Part shown: positions 1-10,137 of the stretch, in pieces | Numbering within the stretch: the stretch's first letter is position 1 | Layout of the letters: the number at the start of each line of letters is the position of its first letter | Origin: an uncultured Acidimicrobiaceae bacterium | GTDB taxonomy: Bacteria > Actinomycetota > Acidimicrobiia > Acidimicrobiales > RAAP-2 | Length of the DNA: 64,000 nucleotides | Reading direction: 5' to 3' | NCBI GenBank assembly: GCA_963717035.1 | Contig: CAVQVK010000051.1 | Coordinates: 70,685-134,684, forward strand | The notes under the pieces: generated by a model | Databases searched by the model: none | Told to the model about the DNA's origin: nothing | Seen by the model: the letters and a program-made list of their open reading frames with translations, nothing else | Program-made: the position numbers and the translations under genes

Positions 1-1
1 T

Positions 2-136
2 GACGTGGCCGGAACCCACGACTTCCCGACCGTCGCCCAGGCCGAGGCGTTCGCCGCCGACCCGGCACTAAGGGAAGCCATGGATCGCGCCGGCGTTACC
101 GGCGCTCCTCGGATCGAAGTGTTCGAGGACATCTGA
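2..136 (+). CDS. 3' end of an unidentified CDS (partial, runs off window start)
   Basis: Open frame from the window edge to TGA at 134-136. Tail reads ...DPALREAMDRAGVTGAPRIEVFEDI. No family recognised. Confidence 0.35.
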   Translation, partial: DVAGTHDFPTVAQAEAFAADPALREAMDRAGVTGAPRIEVFEDI

Positions 137-175
137 GCCACACCCGTCGGTTGGTGTGCATGCCCCTGAGGCAAT

Positions 176-658
176 TCAGGTCAGCTGGTCGTCTACGGCC
201 CGGGCCTCGATGTCCAGCCGGCGGAGGAGGCCGGGCACGATCCGTCGCTCGGCCATGCGACCGATACCGGGGATGGACACGACCAGCTCGCCGTCGAGGG
301 TCCGAGTGCTGCCCGCTCCATCGGGGGTGACGACGAAGTCGGCTCCACCGTGGAGTTGTCGCGGGTTTTTCTCCGCCTCGAAGCGGAGCGTGCCCGACCC
401 CACCGACCGGTCGACCCTGATCTCCTGGATCCAGGCCAGGCGACCGGAACCGACCAGGCGCCGGGCCATCGGGTCCAAGCTCCCCACGAACTCGTACCGG
501 AGCCGCAGCACGGAGGCGTCTGCGTCCTCGCCTTCTTCGAGCACTTCGGGCCGGGACAGGTCGGGAAGATCGAGGCCGAGATGGAAGGCGGGATCGGCCA
601 GGATCGCCGATACGGATTGCGGCGACCCATTGAAGCGGTGCTCAACGTGGAAGCGCAC
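176..658 (-). CDS. SRPBCC-fold / DUF2505-like protein
   Basis: C-terminal 160 aa of the 332-aa ORF. GTG at 658 avoids overlap with the divergent gene at 731. Sequence VRFHVEHRFNGSPQSV...LRFEAEKNP...VVSIPGIGRMAERRIV resembles DUF2505/polyketide-cyclase-like proteins. Confidence 0.55.
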   Translation of the reverse strand: MRFHVEHRFNGSPQSVSAILADPAFHLGLDLPDLSRPEVLEEGEDADASVLRLRYEFVGSLDPMARRLVGSGRLAWIQEIRVDRSVGSGTLRFEAEKNPRQLHGGADFVVTPDGAGSTRTLDGELVVSIPGIGRMAERRIVPGLLRRLDIEARAVDDQLT

Positions 659-730
659 CGCCGGATCTTGGCATAGTCCCGCTGACCCGGCCGCTCGCCG
701 GTTGCCCGTCGGCACCGGGAGGAGGGCATC

Positions 731-1582
731 GTGGCCTACATCCTGATTCCCCTTCCTCAGCTCGATTTCGACCCCACCGAGGTGGCGGTGAGCTGGAAGG
801 TCCTCTCCGATTTGGGCCACCGGGTGCGCTTCTCCACCCCGACCGCTACGCCGGCTCGGGCCGACGAGCTCATGGTGACGGGCCGCGGGCTCGATCCGTG
901 GGGGTTCGTACCCGGTTTCTCCCACTTCGTCGGGATCGGACGTCTCCTCCGCGCCGATGGGCGCGGGCGGGCGGCCTATGCCGAGCTCCTCCGGGCGCCG
1001 GCCTTCTTGAACCCGATCGGCTGGGCCGACGTCGCCGTCGACGACTTCGACGGCCTGTTGCTGCCTGGTGGCCATCGAGCCCGAGGTATGCGCCAGTACC
1101 TCGAAAGCAGCATCCTCAAAGACATCGTCGTCGGGGCCTTTGCCGCCCAAAAGCCTGTCGCCGCCATCTGCCACGGGGTCCTGCTGGCCGCTCGCAGTAT
1201 CGACCCGGCGACGGGTCGTTCAGTGCTCTACGGCCGACAGACGACGGCACTCACCTGGTCCCTCGAGCGGCGAGCGTGGCGCGTGGCTCGCTTCACCCGC
1301 TTCTGGGACCCGAACTACTACCGCACCTACACCGAGGAACCGGGCCAGCCGGCCGGTTACATCTCGGTGCAACAAGAGGTCACACGAGCTCTTCGGAGCC
1401 CGGCCGACTTCTGTGACGTGGTCTCCGGTACGCCCGATGCCGCGCTCAAATCGAGCGGGAGGGCCCGGGACACAATGGACGACGAGCGTCCGGCCTACGT
1501 GGTCGAAGATGGGACGTACATCTCCGCTCGTTGGCCCGGCGACATCCATACCTTCACGAAACGCTTCTCTTCAGTTCTGTAG
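731..1582 (+). CDS. DJ-1/PfpI (type 1 glutamine amidotransferase-like) family protein
   Basis: Intact 283-aa ORF. Has the LLLPGGH..G and nucleophile-elbow-like AAICHG motifs typical of the ThiJ/DJ-1 fold. Confidence 0.7.
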   Translation: MAYILIPLPQLDFDPTEVAVSWKVLSDLGHRVRFSTPTATPARADELMVTGRGLDPWGFVPGFSHFVGIGRLLRADGRGRAAYAELLRAPAFLNPIGWADVAVDDFDGLLLPGGHRARGMRQYLESSILKDIVVGAFAAQKPVAAICHGVLLAARSIDPATGRSVLYGRQTTALTWSLERRAWRVARFTRFWDPNYYRTYTEEPGQPAGYISVQQEVTRALRSPADFCDVVSGTPDAALKSSGRARDTMDDERPAYVVEDGTYISARWPGDIHTFTKRFSSVL

Positions 1583-1640
1583 ATTCTCGGCTCTGTCGAT
1601 TCTCGGCGCTGTCGATTCTCGGCTCTCTAGATTCTCGGCT
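1582..1640. repeat. 16-bp tandem repeat, about 3.7 copies (GATTCTCGGCNCTNTN)
   Basis: Read directly: gattctcggctctgtc / gattctcggcgctgtc / gattctcggctctcta / gattctcggct. Sits between convergent genes ending at 1582 (+) and 1665 (-). Confidence 0.9.
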
Positions 1641-1664
1641 GAAGCATGTGATCGTCGGCCGCAC

Positions 1665-3278
1665 TCACTTACTGGCGGCCGAGCACCCAGCACCAAGCTG
1701 GAGAATCTCCCCATTATGTGACCGCTGGACCCGGAAGACCCAGATCCCGCCTTCGTGGACGAGCAATGGATCGTGAGCTTGTTTGAGCTGATCCACCGCT
1801 GAGAGCGCAGAGGCGATGGGCACCGACTCGATGCCCTGTCCGGGGGCGAGGATGACGGCTGTGTTCTTTTGTGCGAGCGGCAACGTCTCGCAGGGCACTA
1901 AGTAGGAGAAGACCGACGCGTGGGTGCCGAAGCGACCCACCACCCCTTGCGAGGCGATGACCGCCCACGAGGTGGGGATCTCGCTCTCGGCGTGGACCAG
2001 CGCGACCTGGGCGGACGGTGTGACGACGACGAGCCAGGATGCCGGAAGGCCTGGATCAGTCGTGAACGCCAACGTAAGCGAATTCACCAGCGCCACGATG
2101 CCGACCACCACGCCCAGCGCCTTACCCGCTCGCCCTCGGCGAAGTAACCACACGACTGCGAGCGCCGACCCTACAGCGAGGAAGACGACGGCGGTGAAGT
2201 TCTGGAAACCTCCGGACATGAAGGCGATGAAGACCGACGGACCAATGAGTCCGTTCGCCAGCACGTCGAACACGACCACACCTACTCCCCAACCGGTGAC
2301 TAGTCCGATCACGCCGCCGGCTCTGAGGATCTGGTAGATGGGTTGATGGCGGTGCCACAAGACCTGCAACGCCAGCGATGGATGTTGGACGATCCCGAAC
2401 GCGATGGCCAGCACGGCTGAGATCCCCGTTTTGTTTTGGACACCGGCCAAATAGCCGTAGGAGGTCACCAGCGGGGTGCCCTGTGACATACCGAGTGCGA
2501 CGATGACTCCGAGCCAGACCAATCCGCCCAGGAAGATGGCCAAGCCCTGACGTCTCCGGCGAGGCACGAAGACCGCCACGCCAAGTCCAAGGCCGACGGT
2601 CAACAGGGTGCCGGCCGCGCCCGTCGTCAGTGCGAGCACGGCCCACACATACGGTGACACGCGCCGACCCCGCCACATGGCGCGTGCAGCCAGTAGGAGG
2701 AACAAGGCGCCGATGGGTTCGGGGTGGAAGTCAAAGAATGCCGCCTCGAATGCAAAGGGGTTCACGGCAAGGGCGACAACCAGGCCGGCCACCACCCCGG
2801 CCTGAGCGAGCTGTCGCCCAACGAGTCTCTGCTCCACGGCCTCGACGACCCAGGTTCCGGCAACCCACGTACAGCCGGCAAGGGCGACGTCCTGGATTAC
2901 GAGGAGACTGAAGGACGAGTGGGTGATCGGCCACAAGAGCCCGATCGGCCACAAGATATAGGTGGCCTGCATACGCCAGAGCGGACTATTGGTAAGCGTG
3001 TCGAATGGGTTCAGATGGCCGTGACCGATGAGCCACTGGGCCTGACTGTATTGGGCAAAGTCGGTGGTGAGGGCGAACCGGCGCCACTGCGCCCACGCAA
3101 CCGCGAGCATCAGTCCAAGCTGGGCCATCGCTGCGAGCGCGACGGCTACTCGAAGGACGATCGGCAACCGCAGGTACGGACCGAGCAGATTTCGACGGGG
3201 CGATGGCTGGACGACCGTTTCAACCGTTTCAACCGGGTCAATGTTCGATGGCGCGCTCAACGTGGGCAACCCGTCCAT
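1665..3278 (-). CDS. Polytopic integral membrane protein, DUF2079-like (possible GT-C-like glycan-handling protein)
   Basis: Long ORF with more than 10 hydrophobic segments and an FDFHPEP motif. ATG at 3278 chosen because the upstream gene ends at 3440. Family assignment is from memory only. Confidence 0.55.
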   Translation of the reverse strand: MDGLPTLSAPSNIDPVETVETVVQPSPRRNLLGPYLRLPIVLRVAVALAAMAQLGLMLAVAWAQWRRFALTTDFAQYSQAQWLIGHGHLNPFDTLTNSPLWRMQATYILWPIGLLWPITHSSFSLLVIQDVALAGCTWVAGTWVVEAVEQRLVGRQLAQAGVVAGLVVALAVNPFAFEAAFFDFHPEPIGALFLLLAARAMWRGRRVSPYVWAVLALTTGAAGTLLTVGLGLGVAVFVPRRRRQGLAIFLGGLVWLGVIVALGMSQGTPLVTSYGYLAGVQNKTGISAVLAIAFGIVQHPSLALQVLWHRHQPIYQILRAGGVIGLVTGWGVGVVVFDVLANGLIGPSVFIAFMSGGFQNFTAVVFLAVGSALAVVWLLRRGRAGKALGVVVGIVALVNSLTLAFTTDPGLPASWLVVVTPSAQVALVHAESEIPTSWAVIASQGVVGRFGTHASVFSYLVPCETLPLAQKNTAVILAPGQGIESVPIASALSAVDQLKQAHDPLLVHEGGIWVFRVQRSHNGEILQLGAGCSAASK

Positions 3279-3439
3279 CCACGGACTGTAGCGTCGCACC
3301 GTTATCGCTACACGTGTTCCGATGAAACCGGTGTCACCGACCACATACGGCCCGATGGTGAGCGTGTTGTCATCGGCAGCTGGGCCACGAAGGCCACACG
3401 CTGCCCCAGTTGCTAGAGCGGGAGAAGAAGTCCAAATTT

Positions 3440-6416
3440 TCAGGGTGCACAATATTGTCCTTCAGGGAATTGCAGGGTGTTCAATGATGCTCCCCAACCG
3501 ATGAGCACGTTTTCCTCGGACTTCGCCGGGCAGCTGGCACCCCATGCGATGTAGCCGGTGATGTTTGAACCGCTCACATTCTTCACCGGACCGGGAAATG
3601 CGACGGCAATGAAGGCAGCTTGGCCGACCGAGGCAAGACCGAACGTGTTGTACTCATACTGGTCGGCATAGAACCCGGCGTGCAACGAAGGGTCAATAGA
3701 AGCAAGGCCGGCACCCCATCCGCTGATGTATGCATCCCAATTGCTGGTTGAACTACCCGGTCCCGAATCGAGCCCTGAGTGGGAATCGGGATAGCCCTCG
3801 GGGTCAATGATGACGAATGCCGGCTTGAGGGAGAGACCCTGACCGGCATACCCGTCGATCGTCTGGGCCACGTATTGGCCAGCCTGATACGCAGCAGTCT
3901 CGAAGCAATTCGCGGTCGGGCATAGCTGGCCTGACGAGTTGGGTGTGCCATCGGAGTTCATGTTGACTGGCCCGCTGACCGTCCAAAACGACAGCCACGA
4001 AACGCCGTGGTTGGCCGAGGCGGCAGCCTCACCAGTCGGAAGGTCACCACCGGGATACAAACCGGTGTAGGGCGACGATGAGGTCCCCAGAGCCCCGGTG
4101 TCAGCGATGATCGGCCACCCATCGGCGACCGCCTGGCTGGGCGAGGGGACGGAGTAGACACCGACGGAGCGCACCAGGAATGCCTGGGTGTTCGATGTCA
4201 CCCCGCCGACGGTGACCGACACAATCCCGGCGGAGTTGGGAACGAGGGCCCACACATTACCCGGGCCCGACGGAATCGGCGCGGTGAAGGTGATCGCCGT
4301 GTTCGACCACGAGTTGATGGTGAACGAGGCAGCGTCGCTCGGAGCACCCCAGCTAATACCCCAGTCGGCCAGCGACAGATAGCTCGATCCCTGGGTGGCG
4401 CCGAAGCCAGAGCCGGTGACAGTGACCTGGGCCCCGGCGGCAGCCGAAGTCGGACTGATCGAGGTAGTGGCGGGATGTGTCGGCAGCCCGTCGACCAGGA
4501 ATGCCTGGATGTTCGAGGTAATCCCGCCGACGGTGACCGACACGACTCCAGCGGTATTAGGCACGACGGCCTGGTTGCCCCCCGGCCCCGACGGCGTGGG
4601 CACGGTGAAGGTGATCGCCGTGTTCGACCACGAGTTGATGGTCAGCGCGCTGCCACCCGGATTACCCCAGTTGTTGCCCCAGTCGGCCAGCGACAGATAG
4701 CTCGATCCCTGGGTGGCGCCGAAGCCAGAGCCAGTGAGGGTGACCCGGGCCCCGGCTGCAGCCGACGACGGGGAGATGACCTGCGCGGCGGGGTTCACCA
4801 GGAATGCCTGGATGTTCGAGGTAATCCCGCCGACGGTGACCGACACGACTCCAGCGGTATTGGGCACGACGGCCTGGTTGCCCGACGGCGTGGGCACGGT
4901 GAAGGTGATCGCCGTGTTCGACCACGAGTTGATGGTCAGCGCGCTGGCACCGGGAGCTCCCCAGTTGTTGCCCCAGTCGGCCAGCGACAGATAGCTCGAT
5001 CCCTGGGTGGTGCCGAAGCCTGAGCCGGTGAGGGTGACCTGGGCCCCGGCTGCAGCCGACGACGGGGAGATGACCTGCGCGGCGGGGTTCACCAGGAATG
5101 CCTGGATGTTCGAGGTAATCCCGCCGACGGTGACCGACACGACTCCAGCGGTATTAGGCACGACGGCCTGGTTGCCCCCCGGCCCCGACGGCGTGGGCAC
5201 GGTGAAGGTGATCGCCGTGTTCGACCACGAGTTGATGGTCAGCGCGCTGCCACCCGGATTACCCCAGTTGTTGCCCCAGTCGGCCAGCGACAGATAGCTC
5301 GATCCCTGGGTGGCGCCGAAGCCAGAGCCAGTGAGGGTGACCCGGGCCCCGGCTGCAGCCGACGACGGGGAGATGACCTGCGCGGCGGGGTTCACCAGGA
5401 ATGCCTGGATGTTCGAGGTAATCCCGCCGACGGTGACCGACACGACTCCAGCGGTATTGGGCACGACGGCCTGGTTGCCCGACGGCGTGGGCACGGTGAA
5501 GGTGATCGCCGTGTTCGACCACGAGTTGATGGTCCAGCGCGCTGGCACCGGGAGCTCCCCAGTTGTTGCCCCAGTCGGCCAGCGACAGATAGCTCGATCC
5601 CTGGGTGGTGCCGAAGCCTGAGCCGGTGAGGGTGACCTGGGCCCCGGCTGCAGCCGACGACGGGGAGATGACCTGCGCGGCGGGGTTCACCAGGAATGCC
5701 TGGATGTTCGAGGTAATCCCGCCGACGGTGACCGACACGACTCCAGCGGTATTAGGGCACGACGGCCTGGTTGCCCCCCGGCCCCGACGGCGTGGGCACG
5801 GTGAAGGTGATCGCCGTGTTCGACCACGAGTTGATGGTCAGCGCGCTGCCACCGGGAGCACCCAGTTGTTGCCCCAGTCGGCCAGCGACAGATAGCTCGA
5901 TCCCTGGGTGGCGCCGAAGCCAGAGCCAGTGACGGTGACCCGGGCCCCGGCTGCAGCAGAAGTCGGACTGATCGACGTCGTGGCTGGATTCGAGGAAGTC
6001 ACCAAGAACGCTTGGGTGTTCGATGTCTCGCCACCGACGGTGACCGACACGATCCCCGCTGTATTGGGAACGACCGCCCACTGGTTACCGGGGCCCGAGG
6101 GGGTCGGTACCATGAAGGTGATCCCCGTGTCCGACCACGAGTTGATGACGAGCGAGGCGCTGTCACCCGGAGCACCCCAGTTGTTGCCCCAGTCGGCCAG
6201 CGACAGATAGCTCGATCCCTGGGTGGCGCCGAAGCCAGACCCGGTGACGGTGACCTGGGTCCCTGCTGCAGCAGAAGTCGGACTGATCGACGTGGTGGCT
6301 GGGCCTCCAGCCGCGGCTATCGCAGGCGCCCCCATCAGAATCGCAACGAGCGCGATCCCACATGCGAGCGCCGACACCACGAATCGGTGAGTGACCCGAT
6401 TGCTTCGATCGCTCAC
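3440..6416 (-). CDS. Secreted multi-IPT/TIG-repeat protein with a C-terminal ~290-aa globular domain (possibly glycoside-hydrolase-like); broken by 3 single-base indels as assembled
   Basis: GTG at 6416 preceded by AGGAG. N-terminal signal/TM segment (FVVSALACGIALVAILMGAPAIAAAG). Seven ~100-aa units (ISP.SAAAG..VT.TGSGFG..QGSSYLSLADWGNNWG...TINSWSNTAITFTVP...VSVTVGG.TSN.QAFLV). The reading frame is spread over ORFs 5838-6485, 5752-6081, 5259-5738 and 3440-5548. Confidence 0.8.
4190..6290. repeat. Array of ~300-bp coding tandem repeats (7 units), including a ~600-bp two-unit super-repeat present twice almost identically (about 4693-5295 and 5296-5893)
   Basis: Unit boundaries recur about every 295-313 bp (the motif cagcgacagatagctcgatccctgggtgg near 4378, 4690, 4992, 5295, 5590, 5893, 6206). 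The copies differ by a few substitutions plus 3 one-base indels. Confidence 0.9.
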
Positions 6417-6721
6417 GGAGTCTCCTGTACGAGAAATGGGCCTGGTTGTCAGGCCCACCGGGCAGGCGAACCGCGGTGTTGCCACGCTCGTTACGGCTAG
6501 ACACCCGGGCAGGTCCGGGCCATTGTAGAGGAATCGTTGCCGGCAATGGTGACACGTGCTCCGGCGGGCCTGGAGTGAGAGGTGATCTCAGCCTCGAGCT
6601 GTCCAACGTTTACCAATCCTCCTCCATATACCCGACGCCCAAAAGAGCCGGTAGCATCGGCGGCGGAATCGCCCGTGCGCGTACCTTTCTATGAAGTTGT
6701 GCACAGACCCGAGGAGCGACT

Positions 6722-7867
6722 TTGTCCGATCTGAGCGACACCGCGACTGCGCGTATCACGTACGCGAAGAATTTCGAGGATGTGCGGCTATGGAAAGCCT
6801 TGGCTCACCTCGAAGCTCGGACCTATGTCGACATAGGAGCGGGGCATCCGACCAGCCTTTCGGTGACTCGGCTGTTCTACGACCGGGGCTGGCGGGGCAT
6901 CAACGTGGAGCCCGGACCGAATTTTCCCGCTCTAGCTCATGAACGATCCGGCGACGTAAACCTCAATCTTGCCGTCGACACCCACGATGGTTCCGCCAAG
7001 TTCTATGTCGCCGAACCGTACCCGGACCTTTCGTCGCTCAACCCGGAAGCGCCGTCTGCTGATCCGGAGCACGTCGCACGTATCCAAACGGTCGAGGTGG
7101 AGACGTCCAGGCTCGACACCATTCTGTCCACTCACCTGGGCGACCGCCCCATCGCCTTCTTGAAGGTCGACACCGAAGGGACGGAGCTTGATGTCCTTCG
7201 TTCGAACGACTGGGACCGGTATCGACCACTCGTAGTCGTGGTCGAGGCAATCACGCCCGGGACCCACACCCCGTCTTATGACGCGTGGGAACCCGTCCTT
7301 CTTTCTGCCAACTATGTCTTCGCCACCTTCGACGGAATCAACCGCTTCTACGTCGAAGGCGGGCACCTAACCTGGTCGAGGTGCTTCAGGCGCCCGTGGC
7401 ACCTGTTCCGCCCATCGACACGTTCACGCCGTACCCTCAAGTCGAGGCCGAGAGGAAACTTCTCGACAGCCAAGCGGACGTCTCCCATTACGTGGGGGGC
7501 ATTCTCCAGATGGACGCTGAACTGAAAGCCGAACGCACACTGCTCCGTGCCGCCCACATCGAGATTGACCGCCTCGCCACTATCAACGGTGAGCTCGCGG
7601 CATCCAACAGTGGGCTCGAAGCATCCAACCGTCAGCTTTCGACACCGCGTGGACGAACTGCTGGCTTCATGGTCGTGGCAGATCGGCAATCGGGTGATGG
7701 CAGTGCCTCACAGGGCCCGCCACGCACTCGGAGAAGCGAGATATCGCCCGTCCTCTCATCGGAGAGAGCGTCAAGGCTGCCAATCGCCTTCGGCGGATCC
7801 GCTCCCGCTCGCCCGAGAGGCTCCGGTCGGCATACCGGGCGGCGACGGTGGCCGGGTCACCGCTTGA
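6722..7867 (+). CDS. FkbM-family SAM-dependent methyltransferase with a C-terminal coiled-coil extension (2 frameshifts as assembled, near 7365 and 7640)
   Basis: TTG start. Motifs VDIGAG...FYV...FLKVDTEGTELDVL. The continuation (LVEVLQAPV...AELKAERTLLRAAHIEIDRLATINGELAASNSGLEASNRQLS, then HRVDELLASWSWQIGNRV) lies in two other frames. Confidence 0.7.
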
Positions 7868-7880
7868 GACCGTGAAGACA

Positions 7881-9338
7881 ATGAATCGCAACTCCCCCTA
7901 CCTCTGGGGAACCCCCGCGCCCGTTTCCAACCAGCTCGATACCCTGTGGATGAGCCTGGCCGCCCGGAGGCGGGACCGTCCCCGGCTGGTCGAGAGCGAT
8001 GAACTTGGGCTCCTCGAAACCTTCGTCACCAATTACGAAGGAGACCTGGCTGATTCGATACACCAAATTCTTACCCTGCGCCGTCCGTCCGAGCTGGTCG
8101 CTCCTTCGGCCCCACCGACCACACTGGTGATCGACGTACGAGCCCTGCAGATACCTGAATGGTGTGGCACCAAGACCCATGCCGCCAATATCCTCCAGGC
8201 GACCCTCGCCTGCGTTGAAGACCGTTGCCGGACGTTGTTCCTCACCTCGCCGGCATATCCGCCACTCGACCCTGAGCTTGCCGCGCTCGGCGACGGCATG
8301 TACCAGGACAACGAGATCCAATCGGTCGGGGCGTTCCTCCAGTTGGCACCCTTCGTGAAATGCATGGAGCGCTCCGACCTTGACTTGCTTCGGGCACCGT
8401 GGATCAAGAGAGCCACCGTCTGGCTCGACGCCATCCCCGGTTACTACCCGTACGCGTACCTATCCGATGCGGAAACGTTCATCTGGTATCAGCTGGGATT
8501 GGAGAAACTGGCCCATCACGAATGGATCCTTGCGCTCTCCGAGTCGGCGGCCACCGACGCACTCGATGTCTTTGGCCGACACGAGCAGGTAATCGTCACC
8601 GGTTGCCGGAGCTCGATCGGAATCGCGTCACAAGACGGACGGCCGAGCTGGCTTCCGTCCGGTCCATATGTCCTCGTACTGGGAAATGCCCTTCCGCACA
8701 AGAATCTGGCCGCCGCGGTCGTCGGCTTCGTTCCCGTCGCCGATACGAGACCTTCCGGATTCCAACTCGTCATTGTGGCCAATATCTCTCCCCAACAGCA
8801 GGAGGCGCTGTGGCAACTGGGAGACAGCCTTGGCCTAGATCCTGATCAGCTGGTGTTTCTCAACCAGGTTACGACGGAAGAGCTGGCCTGGATCCACGCC
8901 GAGGCCAAGGCAGTGGTGGTGCCGTCAATCCACGAGGGCTTCTCCCTCCCGGTCCTCGAATCGGTACAGGTGGGTACCCCGGTCGTGCTTTCGGACATCC
9001 CCGCTCACCGCGAACTGCTCAAGGCGGACAAATGGTTCTTCCCCGACGACGACCCGGCGGGACTTGCCAACGCACTCCGAACCGTTATCGCCGATCCCAC
9101 AGGCAACCTGATGGCTCAACGTTTACAGCTCGGAGAGCGACTCAGCGGACTCACGTTCGATGCCAACGTGACAAGTGCCGTCGAGGCACTCATCGCCGAT
9201 CTCGCCGCGAGCGTCGCGCTTGTCGAACCGGACACGGAAGAGGAGCCGCCGGACCGCGCCACCTCGACCCTTCTCATTATCCAAAGTCTGCGAGCTGGAG
9301 GACTTCACGAATCCACGTTTCGAGCCGATGATCCGTGA
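7881..9338 (+). CDS. Glycosyltransferase (GT-B fold, GT4/GT1-like C-terminal domain)
   Basis: Intact ORF; alternative GTG start at 7848. C-terminal motif VVVPSIHEGFSLPVLESVQVGTPVVLSDIPAHRELL is the classic EX7E-type GT-B signature. Confidence 0.7.
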   Translation: MNRNSPYLWGTPAPVSNQLDTLWMSLAARRRDRPRLVESDELGLLETFVTNYEGDLADSIHQILTLRRPSELVAPSAPPTTLVIDVRALQIPEWCGTKTHAANILQATLACVEDRCRTLFLTSPAYPPLDPELAALGDGMYQDNEIQSVGAFLQLAPFVKCMERSDLDLLRAPWIKRATVWLDAIPGYYPYAYLSDAETFIWYQLGLEKLAHHEWILALSESAATDALDVFGRHEQVIVTGCRSSIGIASQDGRPSWLPSGPYVLVLGNALPHKNLAAAVVGFVPVADTRPSGFQLVIVANISPQQQEALWQLGDSLGLDPDQLVFLNQVTTEELAWIHAEAKAVVVPSIHEGFSLPVLESVQVGTPVVLSDIPAHRELLKADKWFFPDDDPAGLANALRTVIADPTGNLMAQRLQLGERLSGLTFDANVTSAVEALIADLAASVALVEPDTEEEPPDRATSTLLIIQSLRAGGLHESTFRADDP

Positions 9339-10137
9339 CGTCTTCTCGCATGAGCTCATCCGCTTCGGCACTGAGTTTCCCCGCGGGCACGAATGGCGGA
9401 AGTACTGGGAAGTAGCGATCGCAATCCTGACCTTCAAAGAGTCTGGACTGCTTGACGGCACTCGTGAGCTCCTCGGGATCGGTGCGGGCAATGAACCAAC
9501 ACTTTTCTATCTGACGCGGTTCGCACGCCGAGTACTGGCAACCGATCTCTACCTCGGTGAGGGATGGGAGGAGAGCGCGGACTCGAGCATGCTGACCACA
9601 CCCGAATACCACTGGCCCTTCCCCTGGAATCCCGACCGTCTCGCCGTTGAAAACATGAACGCACTCGATCTGCGCCTCCCTGACGAGAGTGTTGACGGGG
9701 TCTTCTCCTCAAGTTCCGTCGAGCATTTCGGTGATCGGACCGACGTGTCGCACTCCATCGATGAGGCGTACAGGGTGCTTCGTCCGGGCGGGGTTCTATC
9801 GGTATCGACGGAGTTCCGCTTGCGCGGCGAGCGCCCGGGAATCCCCAATCTGCTGATGTTCGACCAAGGCGACATCGACGACATCTTCGTGGGGACTCGT
9901 GATTGGAGCCTGATCGAACCATTTGATCCGCACGTCTCGTCACGGACTATGGCTACGGCCACCGACCTTTTCGCACGTATCAAGGAGCAAGACGTTCAAG
10001 TCGATCGCCTCGGAGGTCTGTGGACTCACCATATCCAGTACTCGCACTATCCCCACATCGTCCTGAAGACACCTGAGCACGAGTTCACAAGTTTCCACAT
10101 CGCGTTGAGGAAAGCAGGCCAACTCCCCTCAACGTGA
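9328..10137 (+). CDS. Class I SAM-dependent methyltransferase
   Basis: LLGIGAGNEP (motif I) and ...DGVFSSSSVEHF...RVLRPGGVL. The first ATG is at 9328, but the same frame is open and protein-like from about 9283 (KVCELEDFTNPRFEP) with no start codon. The start is uncertain, and a fusion to the upstream GT is possible. Confidence 0.7.
   Translation: MIRDVFSHELIRFGTEFPRGHEWRKYWEVAIAILTFKESGLLDGTRELLGIGAGNEPTLFYLTRFARRVLATDLYLGEGWEESADSSMLTTPEYHWPFPWNPDRLAVENMNALDLRLPDESVDGVFSSSSVEHFGDRTDVSHSIDEAYRVLRPGGVLSVSTEFRLRGERPGIPNLLMFDQGDIDDIFVGTRDWSLIEPFDPHVSSRTMATATDLFARIKEQDVQVDRLGGLWTHHIQYSHYPHIVLKTPEHEFTSFHIALRKAGQLPST

Noticed and set aside
1582-1640. The short tandem repeats (16-bp here; 36-bp at 15489-15588; 22-bp at 20669-20760) as CRISPR arrays.
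   Set aside because: The units are contiguous or separated by fixed short linkers, with no unique spacers of 25-40 nt. Only 3-4 copies are present, and there are no cas genes in the window.
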